From positions 32,001-96,000 of the IMG/VR virus record IMGVR_UViG_3300022917_000008: 64,000 nucleotides of DNA; one strand, 5' to 3'. Made by a program: the position numbers and the translations under genes. The number at the start of each line of letters is the position of its first letter. Position 1 is the first letter of the stretch. Shown in pieces: positions 51,117-57,358 of this stretch. The DNA comes from a virus (lineage: Duplodnaviria; Caudoviricetes). The notes beneath the pieces were generated by a model. That model was not told the origin of the DNA and did not search any database. It saw nothing but the letters and a program-made list of their open reading frames with translations.

Positions 51117-51189
51117 GCCTTCCTAGCTCAATTGATAGAGCGTCCATCTCTAAAATGGAAAGATGTGGGTTTGAGTCCCACGGATCGCA
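51117..51189 (+). tRNA. Amber suppressor-type tRNA (anticodon CTA)
   Basis: TCCAT-CTCTAAA-ATGGA; normal D arm and T stem; acceptor GCCTTCC/GGATCGC has two mismatches. Confidence 0.8.
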
Positions 51190-51204
51190 CTTAAACTAAA
51201 CACA

Positions 51205-51567
51205 ATGGCTTAGATTACATCAACATCCAGATTGATAACTATAGTAAGGAGAGACCTTAGTCATGGTTATCAGACAGCACAGACAGGTCATGCAATAGCA
51301 GAATGGGCTTATAACAATCCCAGGACCTTTAGAAGGTGGAGAAAAGAAAGTGGGTACTTAATATGTCTTTCAGTAAGAAACCTAGCAGAGCTAGAGGCAT
51401 TCAACAGAAAGTTATATGACAACAAGATAAAGTACACAGCATTTTATGAACCTGACATTGGAGAGTTTACAGCAATAGCAATAACTCCTTCAACTAAGGC
51501 AGACCAGTTAACTAAGCATCTACAGCTAGCCAATGTAAAGGCTGGCACTAAGGACAAACACAAATGA
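51205..51567 (+). CDS. Pth2-like peptidyl-tRNA hydrolase with in-frame TAG at codon 3
   Basis: IVRRDLSHG...AQTGHA and FYEPDIGEFTAIAI motifs; ATG-GCT-TAG at 51205 is in frame with the ORF called from TTG 51232. Confidence 0.75.
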
Positions 51568-51635
51568 AGCAATTATCCTCATATTATCTCCTAAGTTCCC
51601 TGTTGAATAGACAGGCTGAGATAGTATTGAGTTAA
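51564..51635 (+). CDS. Leader peptide 2 (MKQLSSYYLLSSLLNRQAEIVLS), putative attenuator
   Basis: Codons 4-14 are all Leu, Ser or Tyr; ATGA overlap with the Pth2 stop. Confidence 0.85.
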   Translation: MKQLSSYYLLSSLLNRQAEIVLS

Positions 51636-51660
51636 GTCATTCTTCGGAGACCCTTATACT

Positions 51661-51696
51661 AGCCCTCAGCCTAAAAACTGGGGGCTTTTTGTTTTT
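51661..51696 (+). terminator. Intrinsic terminator of attenuator 2
   Basis: AGCCCTCAG-CCTAAAAA-CTGGGGGCT then TTTTGTTTTT. Confidence 0.85.
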
Positions 51697-51698
51697 AT

Positions 51699-51774
51699 GG
51701 CAGTGTGGGCAAAATGGTAAAGTCGCTTCACTTAGGATGAAGAGGTTCTGAGAGTTCGAGTCTCTCCACTGTCA
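51699..51774 (+). tRNA. tRNA-Leu (TAG), short variable region
   Basis: CTTCA-CTTAGGA-TGAAG; GGCAGTG/CACTGTC. Confidence 0.85.
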
Positions 51775-51777
51775 CAT

Positions 51778-51857
51778 ACCTCCATGGTGAAATTGGTAGA
51801 CGCGACAGACTTAAAATCTGTTCCTTCGGGGTGCCAGTTCAAATCTGGCTGGGGGTA
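51778..51857 (+). tRNA. tRNA-Leu (TAA)
   Basis: ACAGA-CTTAAAA-TCTGT; variable arm CCTTCGGG. Confidence 0.9.
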
Positions 51858-51859
51858 CT

Positions 51860-52258
51860 ATGGATAATAAAACCTACTATAGCTCCATAGCGGAGCTAAA
51901 AGTAATGGCTGATCTAACAGCTAAGCACTATCATATATTCAATCAAGTATCTGGTAAGGCACCATTTGACTTGGTTGCATACAGGGATGGAGAGCTAAGG
52001 AGAGTCAGTGTCAAGAGTTGCAACAAAGACCCTAGGAAGGACGGGGGATTTGTGATAGAAGTTGGCAGGGTAAGAGCCAATAAAACAGAGAATAAGATAT
52101 ACAAGTTTGATCAGTCTGAATGTGATCTGCTGGCCATCTACATAGTCAAAGAAGATAGAATAGTCTATGTGGAGTCAACAGTAGCGCATGATAAAAGGCA
52201 GATCATCATACAAGGAAGGTCCCAGTTGACAGAGGTACATGATCTTGAAAATCACTAG
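51860..52258 (+). CDS. PD-(D/E)XK homing-endonuclease-like protein
   Basis: AELKV...PFDLV......RVSVKS and CDLLAIY; 3' end overlaps tRNA-Ser. Confidence 0.75.
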   Translation: MDNKTYYSSIAELKVMADLTAKHYHIFNQVSGKAPFDLVAYRDGELRRVSVKSCNKDPRKDGGFVIEVGRVRANKTENKIYKFDQSECDLLAIYIVKEDRIVYVESTVAHDKRQIIIQGRSQLTEVHDLENH

Positions 52259-52299
52259 GTCCCTAAAAAGACGTGGGGGTTGAACTCCCCCACCTTCCT
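52214..52299 (+). tRNA. tRNA-Ser (TGA), degenerate D arm
   Basis: TGAT-CTTGAAA-ATCA; long variable arm; GGAAGGT/ACCTTCC. Confidence 0.7.
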
Positions 52300-52307
52300 C
52301 AAACTAA

Positions 52308-52392
52308 GGAGAGTTGGCTGAGAGGCTTAAAGCACCACATTGCTAACGTGGGGGCTGTAATAGGTCCACTAGTTCGAATCTAGTACTCTCCT
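52308..52392 (+). tRNA. tRNA-Ser (GCT)
   Basis: CCAC-ATTGCTAAC-GTGG; GGAGAGT/ACTCTCC. Confidence 0.9.
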
Positions 52393-52398
52393 CTTAAT

Positions 52399-52482
52399 GC
52401 CTACCATGGTAGATTGGATACTACCTGTGGACTGTAAATCCACTGCCCTTGGGCTTATTCAGTTCGATTCTGAAGGGAGGCA
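52399..52482 (+). tRNA. tRNA-Tyr (GTA)
   Basis: GTGGA-CTGTAAA-TCCAC; variable arm GCCC-TT-GGGC. Confidence 0.85.
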
Positions 52483-52504
52483 CATTTTGTTGTATATTTG
52501 TATA

Positions 52505-52765
52505 ATGGAATACAACATCACACCTCAGGCCCTAGTTGATAGGGGATTCAAGTACCATGCACCAGGCATAAGTGGAGCAGACATGTGGCAGGGAATGCCA
52601 TGGTGGATTCATAAGGAGAAGGATATAGGTCTATGCCTTAGAGGGACTACTTCTACAGCAAAGCCTAGAGGACTAAGGTTAGCTGGACATTTCAATACAG
52701 AGGTGAGAACAATAAAGCAGTTAGAAGTTTTGATGGAAATATTTGGTTTGAATCCAAATAGTTAG
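52505..52765 (+). CDS. Hypothetical protein
   Basis: ATG 52505 (MEYNITPQ) follows TATATTTG; the track start lies inside tRNA-Tyr. Confidence 0.65.
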   Translation: MEYNITPQALVDRGFKYHAPGISGADMWQGMPWWIHKEKDIGLCLRGTTSTAKPRGLRLAGHFNTEVRTIKQLEVLMEIFGLNPNS

Positions 52766-52776
52766 TATATTTGATT

Positions 52777-52848
52777 ATGAAACAGACTTGGCAACATACC
52801 TTTACGACACAAACTCCACTAAAAGGAGAAGGGTATCTGTTGTCATAA
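52777..52848 (+). CDS. Leader peptide 3 (MKQTWQHTFTTQTPLKGEGYLLS), putative attenuator
   Basis: Codons 3-14 are all Gln, Thr, Trp, His, Phe or Pro; ATG 3 nt after TATATTTG. Confidence 0.85.
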   Translation: MKQTWQHTFTTQTPLKGEGYLLS

Positions 52849-52883
52849 CATTCCAAGAAAGATTGTAATAATGAAACACTGAT

Positions 52884-52913
52884 ACCCTCCATTCCTGGAG
52901 GGTTTTTTATTTT
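52884..52913 (+). terminator. Intrinsic terminator of attenuator 3
   Basis: ACCCTCCA-TTCC-TGGAGGGT then TTTTTATTTT. Confidence 0.85.
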
Positions 52914-52984
52914 GGGTGGTTGACCAATGGTAGGTCCCTACATTTGGGATGTAGAATTTGCAGGTTCGAGTCCTGTTCACCCAA
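52913..52984 (+). tRNA. tRNA-Pro (TGG)
   Basis: CTACA-TTTGGGA-TGTAG; TGGGTGG/TCACCCA. Confidence 0.9.
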
Positions 52985-52988
52985 CTAT

Positions 52989-53061
52989 GGTGCACAAGCT
53001 AATCTGGTGAAAGCACTAGACTGAAAATCTAGGGAGCTTGGATCAAAACCAAGGTGTACCG
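52989..53061 (+). tRNA. tRNA-Phe (GAA)
   Basis: CTAGA-CTGAAAA-TCTAG; GGTGCAC/GTGTACC. Confidence 0.9.
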
Positions 53062-53062
53062 C

Positions 53063-53494
53063 ATGAAACAATCAAATAGAAAGGATGCTAGAAGGGTCAT
53101 AGACTGTGAAAACTGTGGTAACCCAACAAAGAATGATAGATTCTGTAGTCTATCTTGCTCAGCAGAACATGTATCAAAGGAGCAGTATAGAAAGTTCTTG
53201 AGCAGCCCTGAGGACTTCCAGGGTGAGGAGTACTCTCCTAAGTCCTTTAAGAAGTTTATACTGAAGGAACAGGATTGCAAGTGTAGCATCTGTAGTATAG
53301 ACAATATATGGAATGGTAAGGAACTGGTGTTTGTACTAGATCACATAGATGGAAATCCAGGCAACAATACTAGGGACAACCTTAGGCTAGTATGTCCCAA
53401 TTGTGATAGCCAGTTGGACACATTTAAAAGTGGAAATAAGGGAAGTGGTAGGTACTACAGAACACAAAGAAGATTAGAGGGCAAATCCTCATAA
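53063..53494 (+). CDS. HNH endonuclease
   Basis: CENCG, FCSLSC, LDHIDGNPGNNTRDNLRLVCPNCDSQ. Confidence 0.9.
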   Translation: MKQSNRKDARRVIDCENCGNPTKNDRFCSLSCSAEHVSKEQYRKFLSSPEDFQGEEYSPKSFKKFILKEQDCKCSICSIDNIWNGKELVFVLDHIDGNPGNNTRDNLRLVCPNCDSQLDTFKSGNKGSGRYYRTQRRLEGKSS

Positions 53495-53567
53495 GGCCGG
53501 TTAGTTTATATGACTAAAATACGTCTCTTGTAAAGATGAGTACTGAGTTTGATGCTCAGACTGGCCT
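53495..53567 (+). tRNA. tRNA-Thr (TGT)
   Basis: CGTCT-CTTGTAA-AGATG; GGCCGGT/ACTGGCC. Confidence 0.85.
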
Positions 53568-53573
53568 CTTAAT

Positions 53574-53644
53574 AGCCCTTTAGCACATTGGTAGTGCGTG
53601 GAGCTTTGGACTCCATGAAGTTAGTTCGATCCTAGCAGGGGCTT
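53574..53644 (+). tRNA. tRNA-Gln (TTG)
   Basis: TGGAG-CTTTGGA-CTCCA; AGCCCTT/AGGGGCT. Confidence 0.85.
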
Positions 53645-53651
53645 CTTATAT

Positions 53652-53726
53652 GGTGCTTGTAGCATAAAGGTAATGCACTGCTCTGTGAAAGCAGTGAAGA
53701 GGGATCAATACCCTCCTTGTACCCCA
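53652..53726 (+). tRNA. tRNA-His (GTG)
   Basis: CTGCT-CTGTGAA-AGCAG; G-1/C73 and encoded CCA. Confidence 0.85.
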
Positions 53727-53729
53727 AAC

Positions 53730-53798
53730 ACGTGCTAGGCTATGGTAGCCACCCAGTCTCCAAAACTGAAGGAAGTAGTTCGATTCTACTAGTGCGTG
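53730..53798 (+). tRNA. tRNA-Trp (CCA)
   Basis: CAGT-CTCCAAA-ACTG; ACGTGCT/AGTGCGT. Confidence 0.85.
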
Positions 53799-53883
53799 CA
53801 ATAGAATAGTTTGATAAGCAAACCTATAAAGTTTGCATGTCAAACTATTTTTGTTTATATGAACTAAGACCCATATATTTGTA

Positions 53884-54246
53884 TTGAAGACCAACAATAT
53901 GAGTGTAGACTTAATCAAGGACAAGATAACAGTAAGTGATAAGACTGAGGCACTCAGGCTGCACCTACTTATTAAGTCCTTCCAGACAGGTCTAAACCTC
54001 TCAGAGTCAGACATTAACAGTCTGGTTGAGCTTAGCATAGTAGGGTATAACCCAGAGTTCTTCAAGGCTTGTGTAGACAAGGGCTATTACAAGAGTGAGC
54101 AGACTGTAAGGAATGCCATAGCCAAGATGACTAACATGGGGATACTGTACTACAGGAAGAGAGGGGAAAGGAAGATCAATGAGGACTTCCTACCTAAAAC
54201 AAGTTCAGACAAGGTAATGTTTCAATACTTAGTGGGTAACATATGA
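53884..54246 (+). CDS. Possible winged-helix DNA-binding protein
   Basis: SEQTVRNAIAKMTNMGIL helix-wing pattern. Confidence 0.55.
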   Translation: MKTNNMSVDLIKDKITVSDKTEALRLHLLIKSFQTGLNLSESDINSLVELSIVGYNPEFFKACVDKGYYKSEQTVRNAIAKMTNMGILYYRKRGERKINEDFLPKTSSDKVMFQYLVGNI

Positions 54247-54581
54247 TAGTAAGGGCATCTGAAATATATACTGTAACAGCACTAAGGCATGGATTGGACC
54301 AAGAACTTGTTTCCTCAGTTGGTGAGACAGTGTTCAAGTCCTTGATGGAAAAGATGGTAGTACCTCATGACCTAGCTTATGAGTTGGATCATGTGGGGAC
54401 ATTTGCTATTAGACACAAGAAGTTCTTGGGTAAGCATGCAACCCTTTTGAGTAATAACCCTGACCATCCCTTTGTGTCAACATGGAGGCATGTTATAGAC
54501 ATGGTACAGGACTTCAGAAACACTAAGGCACAATTTCAATCTAGGAGGGCAGAATATGACAGAGCCAAAAAACAAGGCTAA
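54243..54581 (+). CDS. HU/IHF-like DNA-binding protein
   Basis: Helix-helix start followed by YELDHVGTFAIR. Confidence 0.55.
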   Translation: MIVRASEIYTVTALRHGLDQELVSSVGETVFKSLMEKMVVPHDLAYELDHVGTFAIRHKKFLGKHATLLSNNPDHPFVSTWRHVIDMVQDFRNTKAQFQSRRAEYDRAKKQG

Positions 54582-54873
54582 GATCAGCCTTAAGAATATA
54601 GGTAGGTTCTTGCAGGGATACTCCAGGATGTTCTCAGAGACCTTTGGCTTGCTTGAAAAGCACAAACAGGAGCAAGTTATATGGAGATCAGAACAGGCCA
54701 AGGAATGCCTTAAAAATGGCTCCTGCTTGTATTGTGGATGTGACACCCCAGCTAAATTTTATGGAGATGAAGCATGTGAGGACCCTCAAAGGCAATGTTA
54801 CCCTAGTATGATGGATGTACCAACTTGGGAACAGTATAAGGCAGAACATCAAATAACCATTAAAGTAGACTAA
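54556..54873 (+). CDS. Cys-rich hypothetical protein
   Basis: C....SCLYCGC.......C......CYP.MM...WEQYK. Confidence 0.7.
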   Translation: MTEPKNKAKISLKNIGRFLQGYSRMFSETFGLLEKHKQEQVIWRSEQAKECLKNGSCLYCGCDTPAKFYGDEACEDPQRQCYPSMMDVPTWEQYKAEHQITIKVD

Positions 54874-55181
54874 TGGGACAAGAAGTAACAATAAGCCCTA
54901 GTAGGATGGACTTGGGCAAGATAGATAACAAACCCAGAAAGTTCTGGTTTGAAGTCAGGAATAACCACCATGCAACTCTTGACTTAGCAGCTTGGGCCTC
55001 TTGTGGCTGTACTACACCAATAGTAGTCCCTAGTAGGGTTGAACCTGGGCAGACAGCACAACTGAGGGTAGAATTTGATCCCACTGGTAAAAGTGGCCTC
55101 CAGGAGAAGGGAGTGGGAGTAACTTATGTTATAGAGGGCCATCAGAAGAACACAGGAGCAACCTTTGTTGCAAACATCTAA
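54873..55181 (+). CDS. DUF1573-like Ig-fold protein
   Basis: ASCGCTTP....VEPGQT..LRVEFD..GKSG. Confidence 0.8.
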   Translation: MGQEVTISPSRMDLGKIDNKPRKFWFEVRNNHHATLDLAAWASCGCTTPIVVPSRVEPGQTAQLRVEFDPTGKSGLQEKGVGVTYVIEGHQKNTGATFVANI

Positions 55182-55192
55182 AACAAAATACT

Positions 55193-55492
55193 ATGAGTTT
55201 CCACAATCACACACATGAAGAGGGTCATCTATGTGATGACTGCAAGGCAGAATTGAAAGAGGACATTCACCTTATGATCACTATCCTACACTCTCCAGCA
55301 GGGGAATCTACTAGGGACTTGGCTGATAGCCTACTATACAGCTTCCTTATGGAGCTATATGGGGTATGTGACTGTGAGGACCCTGATGAGGATGATGATG
55401 AACAGTCAGATAATGATAGCCCTGTACAAGGTCCTATAATTGGGAACTTGAGGGAGTTCCTCACAGCTATGGGTACACAGCACCACACCTAA
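55193..55492 (+). CDS. His/Cys/acid-rich hypothetical protein
   Basis: HNHTHEEGHLCDDC...CDCEDPDEDDDE. Confidence 0.6.
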   Translation: MSFHNHTHEEGHLCDDCKAELKEDIHLMITILHSPAGESTRDLADSLLYSFLMELYGVCDCEDPDEDDDEQSDNDSPVQGPIIGNLREFLTAMGTQHHT

Positions 55493-55522
55493 TTATCATG
55501 TTGGGGGCCAGTCTAGTCAGGA

Positions 55523-55984
55523 ATGGAAAAGTATTGTCCTAAATGCAAGCAGAAGAAAGACACATCCTTCTTCAGACCTAACAAATCTAGGAAGGATGGT
55601 CTTCAACCTTGCTGCATAGATTGTGATAAGGAATATCAAAGGCAATGGTACCAGAGCAACAAGGAAAAGGTAAAAGCTAAGTCCTTAGTAAGCAATAAGG
55701 TAAATAGAGAAAGAGTACAAGAGATTCTACTAAGGGAACTAGAAGGTAAGAAATGTGAACACTGTGGGGAAGGTGATATACTAGTACTAGAGTTTGACCA
55801 CCTAAGAGACAAGCAGTTCACCATAGGCAATACACAGTGGGAGAGCGAAGACAAAATAATAGAGGAGGTAGGAAAGTGCCAAGTACTATGTGCCAACTGC
55901 CATAGAAGGAAAACTCATGAAGATATGAACACATACAAATGGAGGTATAGCCAAGGGGTAAGGCAGGAGTCTGCAAAACTCTGA
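55523..55984 (+). CDS. HNH endonuclease, 3' end overlapping tRNA-Cys
   Basis: CPKC, CIDC, CEHCG..LEFDHL..KCQVLCANCHRRKT. Confidence 0.85.
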   Translation: MEKYCPKCKQKKDTSFFRPNKSRKDGLQPCCIDCDKEYQRQWYQSNKEKVKAKSLVSNKVNRERVQEILLRELEGKKCEHCGEGDILVLEFDHLRDKQFTIGNTQWESEDKIIEEVGKCQVLCANCHRRKTHEDMNTYKWRYSQGVRQESAKL

Positions 55985-56014
55985 GCGAAGGTTCAATTCC
56001 TTCTACCTCTTCCA
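55941..56014 (+). tRNA. tRNA-Cys (GCA)
   Basis: GGAGT-CTGCAAA-ACTCT; U73 and encoded CCA. Confidence 0.9.
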
Positions 56015-56047
56015 GAAATCCAACAAACCTTAAATAAACCAACACTA

Positions 56048-56120
56048 GCATCAGTAGTATAAAGGCTGATTATACTGCACTTCCAATGCAGGGATGAGGT
56101 TTCGATTACCTCCTGGTGCT
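56048..56120 (+). tRNA. tRNA-Gly (TCC)
   Basis: CTGCA-CTTCCAA-TGCAG; GCATCAG/CTGGTGC; U73. Confidence 0.9.
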
Positions 56121-56137
56121 CAAAAAGAAACCAACTA

Positions 56138-56857
56138 ATGAAGTTTATTGAAAGTACACACAAGTACATTGACGAGGAAGAGAAAGAATATGCCCCAGTT
56201 ACATCTCTACTGAAGAGTTTTCAGGAGAAGGTGGATTGGGATGCAGTAGCAACCAAGAAAGCTAAGAAGGATGGCACAACTAAGGAGGCCTTACTTGCTC
56301 AATGGGCAGACAAGAGAGATAGGGCAGCAGAGAGGGGTACAGCTTACCATAAGCAGAAGGAAGAGGAGTTACTAGGCTATCCCAATGTTGTTGGATACCA
56401 TACAGATCATAGTGGGATTAAGTCTGATGCTGACATGAAGTTAGAGGAAGGCCTGATCTATGTGGAGAAGATGATATGGTCCAAGAAGTATAAGGTGTGT
56501 GGTACAGCAGACTTGGTTGAAGTAGTCAATGGAAAGATCAATATTAAAGACTACAAGACAAATGAAAAGTTGGATTTCGAGTCATGGAAACACCCAAGAA
56601 ATGGATCAAAAAGGCTCCTCTATCCAGTTCAACACCTGGATGACTGCAATTTCAACCTATACCAGCTTCAGGTTAACTGCTATATGTATATGCTACTCCA
56701 GCACAATAGGCACCTTAAGATGGGAGAGATGGAAATCCTCCACGTAGTGTTTGATGAGAACAAGCAGCACAAGGAAACAAGAGTATACCCAGCTATGAAC
56801 TTCCAGAGAGATGTGAAGAACATGTTGGAACAACATCTAAAAACCAGGCATGCTTAG
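56138..56857 (+). CDS. PD-(D/E)XK exonuclease-like protein
   Basis: RGTAYH, CGTADLV, IKDYKTN, YQLQVNCY. Confidence 0.85.
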   Translation: MKFIESTHKYIDEEEKEYAPVTSLLKSFQEKVDWDAVATKKAKKDGTTKEALLAQWADKRDRAAERGTAYHKQKEEELLGYPNVVGYHTDHSGIKSDADMKLEEGLIYVEKMIWSKKYKVCGTADLVEVVNGKINIKDYKTNEKLDFESWKHPRNGSKRLLYPVQHLDDCNFNLYQLQVNCYMYMLLQHNRHLKMGEMEILHVVFDENKQHKETRVYPAMNFQRDVKNMLEQHLKTRHA

Positions 56858-57356
56858 TATAAGAATATTTGAGGCAGTAGATGGGAAACTAGTGATCACT
56901 GATCAATGTCTGAGGATACCCCAGTTGAAAGCTGTGTATGATAGTCAGAAAGACCCTATACCCGCTTTCAATTACATAGACTGGATGACAGCCCCAGATA
57001 GTCCCTATTCAAGATTACCTGAAGAGGAGAAGCTACAAATGATCTCTGAGGATGCAGGAGGTGACTTTGAGGTGGATGATGAACTGATAACAGCTGCCAT
57101 AGACAAGCTCAATGCTTTATATGTAACTCCCACAAAGAGGTACTATGAAGCTGTGAAGAAGTCTCTGGATATAACTAGTGAGCAGTTATCCAACATTACC
57201 CAGATCACATATGGTAAGGATGGTAATGCAGAGATGATAGACAAGATGCAGATGAATGCAGGCAAGAAGATTGAAGCATTCAAGAAGCTAGAGAAGATAA
57301 CTGAGGAGGAGATAAAGGTTGTCCTGCGTGGTAAAGCGCAAAGTGGCATGTACTAA
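56850..57356 (+). CDS. Hypothetical protein directly upstream of the terminase
   Basis: 168-aa ORF tightly packed between the nuclease and terminase genes. Confidence 0.7.
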   Translation: MLSIRIFEAVDGKLVITDQCLRIPQLKAVYDSQKDPIPAFNYIDWMTAPDSPYSRLPEEEKLQMISEDAGGDFEVDDELITAAIDKLNALYVTPTKRYYEAVKKSLDITSEQLSNITQITYGKDGNAEMIDKMQMNAGKKIEAFKKLEKITEEEIKVVLRGKAQSGMY

Positions 57357-57358
57357 GT

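Noticed and set aside
55490-56120. A fourth attenuator for the Cys and Gly tRNAs
   Set aside because: I found no short Cys/Gly-rich leader with a terminator upstream; these two tRNAs appear to sit in the late operon.
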